DNA of 61,511 nucleotides, filler included, from Sphacelaria rigidula (Eukaryota), in NCBI GenBank assembly GCA_964200075.2. It is 4 parts of 4 records of this genome, joined end to end, with 100 filler letters (N's around TTAATTAATTAA, not from the genome) between each part and the next. Parts side by side here need not be neighbours in the genome. Positions count along the whole stretch, not along the records: positions 1 to 15,306 come from CAXNAA020001808.1; 3 more parts are not named here. One strand, written 5' to 3'. Both the position numbers and the translations under genes were made by a program. This document shows, in pieces, positions 1-12,313 of the stretch (positions are counted from its first letter, which is position 1; each line of letters begins with the position of its first letter). The notes beneath the pieces are model-generated. The model worked only from the letters and a program-made list of their open reading frames with translations, searched no databases and was not told where the DNA came from.

Positions 1-328
1 CTGCTCCCCCGCCCCCCCCTCCTCCACCGCCACCGCCACCCCCGCCGCCATCACCGTCATCATCGCCCCCACCCCCGCCGCCGCCGCCCCGTCGTCTCGA
101 CCTCCTGCTCTCGCTCCAGTCGGCACGGCTTCTCTTGGACGACATGGTGGAGCCCGGCGTGCTTGGCAACGATCTGCTGGGAGAGCCCGCTGTTCTGGAA
201 GGTGCCGGGCTCTGGGGGGTCCGGCCAAGCGCGTTGACACCCCCGCCGCCTACGGTTGCGATGTTGGACGATCGACGGCCTAGGTCCCCCCGGGGGAGCG
301 CCGTGGAGTCTCGTTGGGAAAGCGGCGA
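1..328 (-). CDS. MCM4: Exon 2 (truncated by window edge) of a Ser/Pro/Gly-rich gene, probably the MCM4 N-terminal region
   Basis: Minus-strand acceptor ccgcacAG at 331-329. Open frame SPLSQRDSTALPRGDLGRRSSNIATVGGGGVNALGRTPQSPAPSRTAGSPSRSLPSTPGSTMSSKRSRADWSESRRSRRRGGGG..., in phase 0 with exon 1. SP/TP repeats and an R-x-DLG motif resemble MCM4 N-tails. The MCM domain is not in the window, so identity is inferred. Confidence 0.55.
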
Positions 329-1224
329 CTGTGCGGATGTGCGTGCGTTCGCGTGTTTTGGGTCGGGCGGTGGCAGGGGCGGCGCGAAAAATTAGCATTT
401 AGCCTGCGCGTTTGGTGTAGTTGAGAATCGTCGTACTTGTGCGGAGAGGACGTTGATGCGGTATAGTCGATGTGCATGAGTCTTCCCTGCTCTAGACCGT
501 CTTCAAATTGATACTTATGGGGGGGGTCTACGAAATGTTAAACGCTGCTGCAGAGTCTGATACAGGGACGGCTATACGGTGATGGAATAGAGCCACTTGC
601 CTCACTTCCAGCGTTGACCTGAGCACATCATCTTTTCATGTGCCGTTCTTTCAATACCTCGTGTTTGCAACTGATGGGATGCGGGCTCGGCCCCGATATC
701 CTCGGGCAGATTACTATCAAACGACCATGTAAAACTGCGACAAAATTTCGCTACATATATATATACACGAAGTCAAGCGCTGATTACGTTTTTGGTCAAA
801 ATAAGCTGGTGCGTAGCGAACTAGGTTGGATGTTATCACCGAGTTGGGACAAAAGCCAGTTGGGCATCATCGTTTTGCAAGAGATCATGCAAGCGCAAGT
901 AATCGAGCGACGATCGATGGGTACCTTACTGTAAAACGCTTGGCATTTTTCGCTGGCTCTTGGCTTGCCAAGACCAGGTAGAGGGTGACAATGTTGCAGC
1001 TTCTAGGACTCAAGAGCGCCTTTTGACGTAACGTAGCAGCGACCGTGCCTAGCACCTATTTTGTGGTACTTGTTGCCCCAACGTCGGACACGGAAATTCG
1101 CCCCGAACAAAGTAAAAAATAAATGTCTGCGTGAGCGAAGTTGAAAGCTTTGCATCATAACAGATTTGGAGCCATTTGAGGGCTCTCAGTTTTTTCAAGG
1201 TCTTGATAGTAGTTCGACACGATC

Positions 1225-2185
1225 TCGAGTTTTTTTCTAGTAGAGTATTTGAGGTCGTACTCGACGTAGTCAAAATTTGAGTAGAGTATTGGAGGCCGTA
1301 CTCAACGTACTCGAAATTTGAGTAGAATATTTGAGGCCATACTCGTCCTACTCAAAATTAGATTAGAGCATTGGAGGCCGTACTCGACCTACTCAAAGTT
1401 TGAGTAGAGTATCTGAGGCCGGATCCGATATACCGAAAACCTATAGCTTCAACTTCAATCACCAAGTTCTTACGCAAGATACTCAAACTCGGGTGGAGTA
1501 AATACCGAGGTATTCCTAGAGTTCCACACCCATGATGAGTGTTGATTCAAGGTCAAACCCCAGCAAACATTCGGATCACAAACAAATGGTACAAAACTAG
1601 GGTAGAGTGAATGTTGGGGTATCATCGAAGGGCCCTGCACGCTCTTCATTCTTTTTATGGCCATCATTCGCTCATACTTCTTGTTGGCAGTGATGTAACG
1701 CCGCCCATCTAATTGATGGTCATCGTTCGCCCGTGTATTCAACATAGTCTGAAGCGAAGTCACGAAGTCGCCGACTGTCAGGGATACTCGCCATACCCAA
1801 GGGGTACTCTATACTCAAGTATTACTGAGAATGCTTACTCAATATTTGAGTAGAGTATTTGAGGTCGTACTCGACGTACTCAAAATTTGAGCCGAGTATT
1901 GAGGTCATACTCAAGTGATACTCCACACTCAAGTATTACTGAGAGTGCTTACTCATGATTTGAGTATAGTATTGGAGATCGTACTCGACCTAATAAAAAA
2001 TTGCGTAGAGTATTTGAGGTCATACTCAGGTGATACTCCATACTAAAGTATTACTGAGAATGCTTACTCAATATCTGAGTAAAGTATTTGAGGCCGTACT
2101 CGACCTACTCAAAATTTGAGTAGAGTAAATACTGAGTATTTTATTCCAGTACTCAAAAGTATACACTCTACTCGATTTACCCTTG
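1225..2185. repeat. Minisatellite-bearing element in intron 1 of the MCM4-like gene (about 41-bp unit)
   Basis: The unit GAGTAGAGTATTTGAGGTCGTACTCGACSTACTCAAAATTT recurs at about 1225-1420 and, mixed with a second unit, at about 1800-2170. Unique sequence lies between the two blocks. Confidence 0.8.
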
Positions 2186-2539
2186 AAATTCATCACCCGT
2201 TTGAGCTTTGGCGAGCATGGGTGGTTGACAGTCTCGTGGAGTGTTGGTGTAGGGTTTGCTGTACCAGTGATATGTCCGCATCGTTACTAGCTGTTTTCTA
2301 CAGGCTATAAATTCTCAAATGCTTTAATTTCGAGGGCGGGTGAAGGAATGTGCCCAGGCGCAACTCCATCCAAGAGGCGCAACTCTGTTCAAATTGAGGG
2401 CATACTGAATTCTTGAACGTGATAAACTGCGCAACAAATTGTCAGGAGACACGTTACTTTTTATAATGTAGCACAGGTAGCGGCAAATCCATGCACTTTC
2501 GCGGGGCTGTGCAGGGGTACACGAAGAACGGTATCCCTC

Positions 2540-2880
2540 ACACCTATCCACCCGGCCCTTCCCCCCCCCGGAGGGCCGAAATTCTTTCAAGGTTGGATTT
2601 TTTTCATTTTTTTCCTCGGAGCCTTTGCCCTCTCATCTCGTGTTGACTACATGGTACCCCTCCAACGCGCTAACTACCTACTTGATGGAAGAACTTAGAT
2701 GCTGCTGTTGGTTGGCTTCGCTGTATTTTACGCTCGTCGCTGGAGACTCCCCAACCAAAATCATCCTCTGCGACAACCTTCGACGAAATGTCCAAAAAAC
2801 AACGACAACTTACATCCAAGCTCGTGCAAATCGGTAGTAGCTGAAGGGACTTACCATGAGCCTACGACAGTGGTGGCAAG
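2540..2880 (+). repeat. Dispersed repeat (second copy at about 21340-21650)
   Basis: Both copies share poly-C-GGAGGGCCGAAA and GTTGGTTGGCTT...TGGAGAC..CCCC.ACCAA segments. Confidence 0.5.
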
Positions 2881-3812
2881 TGTCTTGACAAAATACATCA
2901 CCCACAACTCCTTCTTGTCGACTTGTCGTTACCTTATTTTGACTAATAATACTTTTCTACACCGACATATCAGGGGGGCAGTGGCCTGTATGCTACCCCC
3001 CTTCCCCCTCATCAGGGGAACCCCCCCCCCCGCCCCCCTACAAACGATTTCGGGGAATGCCATCCATGCGCCCTCAAATCGGCTATATACGGCAGCCCGA
3101 CTTTGCGCATCAGAGGGGAATGCATATATGCACGCGCAGATGCAGAAACTTACACATGTTGAGCGGCTGGGCGGCCGATGTGGCTCAAACTGACACCCGT
3201 CTGTACTGCGACCCTGCCTGGATCATGACCACCTGTAGTGTACCGATCGGCATACAGCCTGCAGAGCTGCGCAGTTCATAACGTACGGCCCTACATGCGC
3301 TGCAGCTGCTGCGAGGCGCTGGAACTTCGCTCGTATGCTGCGCAAACCACAGTCAAAAGTTCCACGTCGCTATATCTGGTGCTGTGCGCTGCAGCAGTGC
3401 GCCCTAGAGGAAAAGGGGTCAGATTGCGTTTTCATCTATTTTTTTCTGGCGCAACACTGACAATCGTTCGAGTGAAATGCTGTGCCTCAACAAGGGGGAC
3501 ATCAACCATGCTACACTATGGATACTACACGGTACTGGCTGTGGATTGTATTGTCTGCACTAGGAGTATACCGTATCACGTACCGACTGTCCCACCGTAT
3601 ACTGTCTGTGCTGCTTCACGTATTCTAGCACAGTAAACTACCGCAAGACGGGCACTGTACGGTCAGTCAGACGGACTGTTCATGTACCGGCCCTCGCTTT
3701 CCCGTGCCTAGAGTAACCCAAACGTGCACGATAGCAGCTGGCATGGATAAGAGACACACCCCAATGTAAGCGTTTGGATCATTTGCCTCCATATGGTTAC
3801 ATGGTAGAATAC

Positions 3813-4205
3813 CTGCATATCGATAGGCGTGAATGGAGTCCTCGGCGTGCCGGGCAAGCTCCTCCCACCTACAGTTGACGGTGTCCTTGGCACGGACCCC
3901 GTGAAGCCATGTGGGCTGAAGCTGGACATGGGCGTAGGCGGTGCCGACCTCACGGGAGAGCCACCTCCACCTGTCCCTCCCCCGACATCTTCATCTATGC
4001 CCGACATTGGCGAATCAGGAGTACCGTTCCTGTTGCTGTTGGCACCATTGCGTGAATCGTGAGGGGTGCTTGCTTGCCGAGATGGTGCGCGGCCTGGGCT
4101 GTCGTTATCACGCGGGCTGGCCTGCGATGGGGAATGCGGCGAATCATCAGAATTTTCTGTTGTTTCTGCTGCGGGCGATGATGGGGGTGGTGGAGAAGAA
4201 GACAT
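3813..4205 (-). CDS. MCM4: Exon 1 of the same probable MCM4 gene (131 codons, disordered SP/TP-rich N-terminus)
   Basis: ATG at 4205, MSSSPPPPSSPAAE...GSVPRTPSTVGGRSLPGTPRTPFTPIDMQ, then donor CAG|GTATTC at 3812. Many S/T-P sites. Exon status is well supported; the gene name is inferred. Confidence 0.6.
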
Positions 4206-4530
4206 TTAACGTTAGTATGTGTTTACTGTGTTTCCTCTCGCTCGTGCCCTGTGGTTGGGCTAGGACAAGGCCGGGAGGACGTGCTCTTGGTCGTGCCTCC
4301 TGCTTGCTAGACTTCAGTGTGTGTGACGATATTTGAATTCTGATTCCCCCGCGTAAAACATACCGTACTTGATTGATCAAAATTCTTCCGCGCACGGGGC
4401 AATACATGCCTACGGAAATCGCTCTTTTACCAGCGTCATTTTCTAGAGCGATTTGGTGGTCATTGGCCCCCCTCGAACCCATCACACTCAGGAGCTTTGT
4501 CGTGGTGAGCGGCAGAGAGCGGGGGCAATC
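4206..4530. promoter_or_regulatory. Compact divergent (bidirectional) promoter and 5' UTR region
   Basis: Only 325 bp separate the ATGs of two divergent genes. An E2F-like TTCCGCGC lies at 4386-4393. Confidence 0.55.
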
Positions 4531-4599
4531 ATGTCGTCGAACGTCACCGTCCGGACGCGGAAGTTCATCAGGAATGCTCTCCTGGCGCGAAGGCAGATG
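4531..4599 (+). CDS. RPS24: RPS24 exon 1
   Basis: ATG at 4531, [19 protein letters not shown], donor GTGAGT at 4600. Confidence 0.95.
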
Positions 4600-7500
4600 G
4601 TGAGTCCATTTCGCTCATGGGTCGACGCAAACACCGAGTGGTGTGTCGTGAGGCAGATCGAACTCAAGCTGTGTACTCGCCACCGCGAGTTTGACGGTGG
4701 CATGGTTATGTTGCCAGCGCCACGGCACGTTGCTGTGCACAACTCTCCAACTATCTTACGAGGCGAAAAATTGAGAGCATGCGTTATTTATTGAGGCATC
4801 CTGTGCACTTTTTGGCGTGCGGGTTCGTGCTTTCGACACCTTGACTGTACTGTTTCAATGCCAGGGCGCCCCTCGAACTCGAAAAACACAACCCCAAGTA
4901 GGGCTCCGATGTAACGCACGTTTTTGGGTCATCACAAGTGATGACCGGCGAGAGCTCTGCTTCCGCAGCTGATCCTAGTGAAACAGTGATGCTAGTGCTT
5001 GTATTTCCACCTGCTGCTGTCATGACATGAAGCATGTGCTGTGTGCGTACACCGTGATGGTTGACACAGTGTCGGCGTGTACAGCTATAACAAGGTCTGA
5101 GCATTGCGGTAGCCCGCGTAGGTCCAGTTTTCCATTCTAACTAACATTGGAACTGTACTGTAATTACTCGTACAGACAGTTAGTATACCAGCGTTGGGGA
5201 GCATGTCGAGCGATCCACTACGCATCCTCCATGTCACATGTTTGATATACAGCTACTTGGAAGAGTGATCGGTACCGCTGATTTTCAGGGCTTCCTCTCC
5301 TGCCGATTGCGCATGTCTCCAACGGGATTTATCTGCTGTTCCATTTCGGTGCAGTCGTGGGTTATGCTGCAAGCAATTGGTTGTCAGCCTCCAGTCTCCG
5401 CAGGCATCAGGCGATGGTGGCCGGGTAGATACCTACGCGAACCACCTGTTTCGGAGTGCCCGCACTGACCTCCGTGGCTTAATTGGGTACTGCTGCAGTG
5501 TATTGAACAAAAATGGGCCTTCGCTCCTCCACCTGTAGTCTCCAACCAAGCCATCCGATCGTTTGCTTCATGGTTCGTCCAGGATTGAGCAGATATTGTC
5601 AACGTGCAACTGCTCTCCCGTCTGTTACACAGATTAATCCCCAACACATCCTCAACACAGCGAGGGTAATTGAACATTCTTGAAATGTTGTGTCCTGTAG
5701 GGTAGGGTTTGTGCACCCGGGGTATTTTCCCGGGTATTTACGGTACCCGACACTATCATATCGATACCCGGCAGTTCTGCATGCCTCCCGTACCGTTACC
5801 GGGAGCCAGGGGTATGCTCTTAATGAGATGCCCAGTCGCGTTTACGTTAATTTGTGCAGCCTGCACACCCTGCCGACAGTTTTTGCGAGTTTTGTACGCC
5901 TCCCATACCCTTGCCCGACAGTCATGGGTTCTGTACATGATGTATGCCCGTACCCGGAGCGCGAGTATGCGCATGAAAAAATACCTCATTGCCGGTACGG
6001 TTTTCTGTAAGCTTCCCGTGCCGTACCCGTCAAGTTTTGTAATTTCTGTAGTTCTCTGAAGAGTACCACACCCTACACAATATACCCGTACCCTACAACA
6101 AAAGATTACCTTACAACCTTCCACCAGTCATCAGTCACGTACCCGTATCGCCTTTTCCCCCCAGTGATGGTAAGCGTACAACACGTACAGGGGAGCTGGC
6201 GTAATGTTCCTTTCACGCCGCACTATGATGAAAAACCCTTCCCCATCGGTCTGCTGTCATGCTTTCCATGTCGATGCCCCTCTAGCTTGACCCTTCGATA
6301 AAAAACCAAAGTGAATTTTTAGCGTCTTGGTGTCAATTTTTGAGCGGAAATAATATGCCGATACGCAGTTGACCAACTTTGACGGCCAAACACTTGAGCG
6401 TGGGTCACAAAGTCGGTTATTGCCTCAAAATCAATATTTTTTTCTTGTGTTTCCTCTCCTGAGCCAAGCTTCTCGTGCACAGGACTCCCGTCCATTTGTA
6501 CTAGTGTAGCCGGGGCAGATCTTGATTTCCGTGAGAGCCGCGTTGCTGACGCCTCACTTCATGGGTTTCTACCATAGGGAGTACCAACGAAGGCCCTCGT
6601 CCTGTGCTGTAGACACTGCAGTTATTCGATCTCACCTCTGGTCGTGACTTTACACGGAGCAGGGCATCAACATGTACCCTGGGACCCACGTCTCCACATA
6701 ATACTCTGCAGCTCAGTCTCTTCGGAGTTGGTGAAAATATCCCAGAGAAGGCAAATGTGTTCTGAAAAGACGCCCGTTCTCGCGCGACTCCCGCCTGGCA
6801 TTCGCCTCCCTCCCCCCGTCCCTCTTTCTGCTTTTCCACAGGTGGTTGACATCATCCACCCGGGTACAGCGAATGTTTCCAAATCAGAGCTGTCGGAGAT
6901 GATTGCCAAGGTCAGCCTCGTATTTCTCGCCTTGTAGATTGAGGAGGTCGGACTTGGAGTTAGTTCTCGTGTTATTGATGTCGATGGTTGGCGTGTGGGA
7001 GTTTTGTTTTGTTCAGACAGCGAGCACGAATTTGTTGAGGTTTAAACGCGAGTTATGAGTATGCGACGACTGTTCAGTAGGCGCAGGAACATTTTGGATA
7101 CGGCATTGTGTAGCACTTTTTACGGATATTGATCCAGGAGGGTTGAGTCTTTCTCCGTGTGGCATTTCACAATTTACAACTGCGATACGTCTACACGGTT
7201 GGACGGGCTTACCCATAGCGTGTTACGGTCAGCTGAAACTGCCCCGACCGCATAAGCGCTCCCGCTTTGAATACGTGTCGTGAGTATAAAACCTTCTTCT
7301 TTTTCCCGTGAAAGAGTCTTGAGAAATGCGTCGTGTCAAGGAATCAAGAGGACAGGGTAAGATGAGGTTTGTGCGTCGTGCCGTGGCTGTCCTCACACAG
7401 ACGCTCATCTTTCTTATTAGCAAACACTGAGGGCAATTCAAGTGTCATCCATTTGGGAGTGCAGGCACCAATGGCGTCCGTGCACTGTAGGGCAACAGGT

Positions 7501-10500
7501 CGATGCAAAGTTAGGCCTCCTTTGAGGCTCGTTTAGCCATATGTTTCTCGATTTGAGTTCGCGTTGCGACATTTTGTGCGATCGTAGTCGGTTGGTGAGA
7601 ATGACGGAACTCGTTATTCTTAATCGCAAATACGGCGGACAGTTTAAGCTTCATCCCTTTCTCGAGTGACCCTAGGCCGGCTGCGTGCACTCTGACGTCA
7701 CGGGTTTTTTTCGAGTGGGGCGTTCGTGCTCGTTGATTCTTCTTGTCTCGGTGCATTTGTGATTTGATGGTGGGTTTCACAATGCCGACACTCGTTACTC
7801 TTAGTCGCAAATACTGCGGACAGTTTGAGCGTCATCCATTTCTCGAGTGATCCCACGCCGGCTGTGTGCGCCCTGACATCCCGGGTTTTTTTTCGAGTGG
7901 GGCGTCCGTGCTCGTTGATCATTATTTTTTTTGTCTTGATTCTATGTTTGAGATTGTGAACGTTGTGCTTCAGTGCATTTGTGGTGTTTTGGTGGGGATC
8001 ACAATGACGACACTCGTTACTCTTAGTCGCAAATACTGCTGACAGTTTAAGCGTCATCCATTTCTCGAGTGATCTACACCGCCCGCGTGCACTGCAAAAC
8101 AGCAGGTTGGAACAAAGTTGAGCGCCCGTCAAGGCCCGTTTATTATAATTTTTTTGTCTTCGTGGACATTTTGATCCACCGCGCGTTGCGCCTCAGTGCA
8201 TTTATGGTTTGATGGGGATCACTATGACGACACTCGTTACTCTTAGTCGCAAATACTGCTGACAGTTTAAGCGTCATCCATTTCTCGAGTGATCTACGCC
8301 GCCCGCGTGCACTGCAAAACAGCAGGTTGGAACAAAGTTGAGCGCCCGTCAAGGCCCGTTTATTATAATTTTTTGTCTTCGTGGACATTTTGATCCACCG
8401 CGCGTTGCGCCTCAGTGCATTTATGGTTTGATGGTGGGGATCACTATGACGACACTCGTTACTCTTAGTCGCAAACATTGCAGACAGTTTAAGCGTCATC
8501 CATTTGTGCATTTGTGGTGTTTTGGTGGGGATCACAATGACGACACTCGTTACTCTTAGTCGCAAATACTGCTGACAGTTTAAGCGTCATCCATTTCTCG
8601 AGTGATCTACGCCGCCCGCGTGCACTGCCAAATAGCAGGTTGGAACAAAGTTGAGCGCCCGTCAAGGCCCGTTTATTACAATTTTTTGTCTTCGTGGACA
8701 TTTTGATTCACCGCGAGTTGCGCCTCAGTGCATTCATGGTTTGATGGTGGGGATCACAATGACGACACTCGTTACTCTTAGTCGCAAACATTGCAGACAG
8801 ATCAAGCGTCATCCATTTCTCGAGTGATCCCCCGCCGGCTGTTTAACATGTTGAAACAAAGTCGAGCGTCGATTGAAGCGTATAGTTTACCATATATGTA
8901 GTTGACCCCTCTCTTGTCATGGGGCTTGCGTTTCAGCGCATTCGTGATGTACTGGTGAGAATCACAATGACGATACTCTTACTCTTAGCCGCAAACACTG
9001 CGGACAGTTCAAGCGTCATCCATTTCTCGAGTGATGAGACCATCGTCTATCATGGAATGCATGAAAAGATATCAGACCCATGCAAAGTTGGGCGCCGATT
9101 GAGACCCGCCAGCTCAGGTCATGAGTTGGATCCGCATTAATTTCATGTGGAAAATCAAAGTGTGCAGGGGTCAACCCATTTGTTATCTTCGAGTTCGCGT
9201 TCCGGAATTGTGGGGATTGTCTTATGCGCATTTATAATGCAATGGTTGGGATCACAATGACGACACTCGTTACTCTTAGTCGCAAACGTTGCAGACAGAT
9301 CAAGCGTCATCCATTTCTCGAGTGATCCCTCACCGGCTGCGTTAATTGCACCATAGGGTAACTAGTTTGAACACGATCGTAGTTGCCATCAGAAGTGACT
9401 GGGGCGTCTCGTCTTGGGTCTATTGAACTAGTCATTCGAGCTGTGAAAGATCCAGTCTAGTTTATCCGTTGTGTGGCAGTCGGGACTGAGGACAGTTCAA
9501 GCGTCATTCATTTCTCGAGTGGTACAATCCCCTTCCATACCAGCTGAACCTCGCAGTACTCTGCGGTGCTGATGAGTTGCGCTGTTCCACAGTTGTAACA
9601 AACGTTGGAGATCTCAGGTCCTCTGTCATTTTCCCAGCGAATTGAGTATTGGATGCAATGTGCCACACGACGTCAGAAGACTAGAGGCGCCTTCGGAAGC
9701 TTTCCGGAGTATACTTGCTCGGCAGTTTTGTGGTAATGATCTTTTAGTGCTCGCTTCGGCAGTCTTCCTCTAAGCGCATATCGGATTGGTTGATGCCACG
9801 ACGACCATATTTGTTGATTTCGGTTGCAATACCTGGAAAAAGTCCAAGCGCTTTCCATTTGACGAGTGTGACAGCACGCCGCCGCCCTCCAACAGCCCGG
9901 GATGACTTCCGTGGATGATTCCCGGGTATAAACTGGGCGTACAAGAACACGTGGAAGCGGCCACATACTTGTGGCCGCCCCCCCCGCCTCTGACCGCACG
10001 TTATGAAGGTTTTTTGACCGCCCCCAAGTCTCGTGCGGATTGAAAGCTGGTCACATTTTAGACGGTACCGCCACGGAACGTTTCCGCCCACCTGTATCGA
10101 ATAAGAATTGAGCCAGGCTTTTGAGATGCTGCAGTATAGCGGTTTTACTTTTTACTTTTTTCAGCACCTATTCTGACACATTGAACAACCAACCACTGTT
10201 ACGGTACAGTGCTTTCACATACCTGTTACTCCACTTTTTTCGGCCGTTTGCACTGAAGTACCGTGAGTAAAACTCGGCGTGTGTTTTTTTCTATCGGGAG
10301 TTATAAGGGCAACACGACGTACAAAACGTTCTCTTGCGCACAATTTATGAGCATTCGAGACTGGTCCCTTATGGATCGGAAGAAGTCGCAGTCGAATACC
10401 GATTGAGTCTTCATTTCTTTTTTTGTCTGCACATGCCTACAAGTCGCGACCGCTGCCCCTCCCTCGCCCAATGGGTAATTACAAGCAGAAGTTCAGGGTG

Positions 10501-12313
10501 TCGGACCCCACAACGGTCGTCATGTTCGGCTTCCGAACTCACTTCGGTGGAGGCAAGAGCACGGGGTTCTGCCTCATCTACGACAGCGTGGAGGACGCCA
10601 AGAAGTTCGAGCCGAAGTACCGCCTCGCGCGTTGCGGCCTTGCGGTAAGGAATGATATCTTGGTGCGCCTTTACCTCTATGTCCCCTAATTGCGCGGGAC
10701 CTCCTCCACTGCCTACCGTATCCCCTTGATTTCCTACCGGGTTGTAGTGCCGAAAGCGGTAATATCGCTTTCAGAGTGACGAGGCTTGCGCATGCGTCGC
10801 CACTCACACCATGATCTTTTCTCGATGCAGCCTGCTAAAACTTTTATACACCTGAAGGATTGTTCCGGAACAGGCTGGGTCCAAGTGAAGGCCGATATTT
10901 GTTCTCCAGTAGATACAGAACACAAAACTGACTCGGTGGGAACATACTCTCACGAGCTAACAAACGGTGTGACGTGGCCAAAATTCTTGTGTCCCTTGCG
11001 GTTGTGACCATTTTTTCGACTATTCAGAGGCTTTGAAACTGTTCGGGAACAAAAATGCGATTTCTCGACACGAGTCATATTCCAATCTCGTCACGATTCA
11101 CACCTTGATGACCGTAATAAGCGAGGAAATTAAACGCGGGAGCAAATATGAAAACGGGTTGTGTGGGATCGAGGTGAACTCCGAAGCGTGGTCTTCCGGT
11201 GGCGGGGTTCTGGCGTCGTCGGTTTTTCGCTTGCCTCTGTCGTGTAAAAGCTTCGACTATCCTTGAACGTGGTGGTTCGGTAGATGTGGGTAAAACAAAG
11301 TATTTTTGCTCTTCACTGTCTCACGGGTGTTCCAGCATGCAGACCCCCAAAATCCGGTACAGATTGCATGAATAACCAATTCAAATTTGACGAGCCCTGA
11401 GGTGGTGTAATGAACATTTGTACAACGTTCCGTTGCACAAATAACTAAAGAAGCTAACTCATGTCAGCACCGGTTGAAGTAGTTAACTTGCCAGCGGCTT
11501 GTGCACCCGATGCCGCTGCTGCAAGTCGTGGTCGGACGCGGTACGGAAAGGGCAGACTTCGATGTCGTCGGGTACTGACCGTTCCCGGAATGTCCGAGCA
11601 GCTTGTTGGTGTTTTTTTGTAGTAGACGAGATCGCTTTGACTTCCGTCTACAGGCATACCGATGTGTGAAACTCTTTCGCGAGATGCACATCTTCTACAA
11701 ATCACCCGATGAAGGCGCATATACGAAATTATGATACAGTATTCAAAACGTTAATCACGAAGGGTAGGGACCCAGGTCGTTCAAACACTTGGTAGGGTTG
11801 CTGTCTTGTTTCTCTGGCAGGCTCTCCTGGATGCCCGTTTTTGTCATCGGCTGCTTGTTCGTTCTACCCTCTGCTGACGTTGACTGGTTCTAGCGCTTCC
11901 CCCCCCAAAAGCGGTGATATATGCAATTATGCAATGCCAACACGCTTTCTTCTCTCAAGTGGAAATTATGCCGGTCCGACACGTGAAAAAAATCACCCCA
12001 GCGGTCGAAGGGCTAGCTACGTCAAAAACCTCTGCTGTGGGACCATTTCACGGTGCCCGAGCCTTCAAAACATGAGATGGCCAAAAGTGAGGGGCAGCGA
12101 GTGAGCTGCCGTCCCAGTTGAAAAGTTTAGATGACGAGTATCTCGGGATATGCCTCGACGCCGCTCCTTTTTTTCGCCGTGCGTATCATGATTTTGCAGG
12201 AAAAGAAGGAGACCTCGCGCAAGCAAATCAAGGAGGCCAAGAACCGAGCCAAGAAGATCCGCGGTACCGGTCGCCGTATTGCCAAGCACAAGGCGAAGAA
12301 GGCTGCCAAGTAG
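4531..12313 (+). CDS. RPS24: 40S ribosomal protein S24 (eS24), 4 exons, 135 aa: join(4531..4599,6842..6910,10489..10644,12200..12313)
   Basis: Spliced product [135 protein letters not shown]. Contains the eS24 hallmark [15 protein letters not shown]. All introns are GT-AG, phase 0. Confidence 0.97.
5696..6097. mobile_element. MITE-like element with short TIRs
   Basis: TGTAGGGTA...TACCCTACA ends and internal GTACCCG repeats. A related fragment lies at about 34620-34770. Confidence 0.6.
6842..6910 (+). CDS. RPS24: RPS24 exon 2
   Basis: Pyrimidine tract plus [20 protein letters not shown], donor GTCAGC. Confidence 0.95.
7595..9522. repeat. Degenerate tandem array of about 10 copies of a conserved ~80-nt core in RPS24 intron 2
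   Basis: Core GATCACAATGACGACACTCGTTACTCTTAGTCGCAAATACTGCNGACAGTTTAAGCGTCATCCATTTCTCGAGTGATC. Its ATG(A/C)CG starts at 7601, 7782, 8004, 8224, 8446, 8537, 8759, 8967 and 9257, with a partial copy at 9491. Confidence 0.9.
10489..10644 (+). CDS. RPS24: RPS24 exon 3
   Basis: [20 protein letters not shown]...EPKYRL, acceptor CAG at 10486-10488, donor GTAAGG. Confidence 0.95.
12200..12313 (+). CDS. RPS24: RPS24 exon 4
   Basis: Acceptor ttttg[20 protein letters not shown], stop TAG. Confidence 0.95.
   Translation, partial: EKKETSRKQIKEAKNRAKKIRGTGRRIAKHKAKKAAK

Noticed and set aside
1225..1420. CRISPR-like palindromic repeats
   Set aside because: Units are directly tandem with no unique spacers.
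6224..6270. C/D snoRNA in RPS24 intron 1 (ATGATGA)
   Set aside because: No matching CTGA D box or terminal stem at a suitable distance.
7511..8701. Repetitive ORFs ([19 protein letters not shown])
   Set aside because: Translation of the tandem array; frames shift between units.
7595..9522. CRISPR array
   Set aside because: The repeat is about 80 nt, spacers are mostly 100-210 nt and mutually homologous, there are no cas genes, and the context is a eukaryotic intron.
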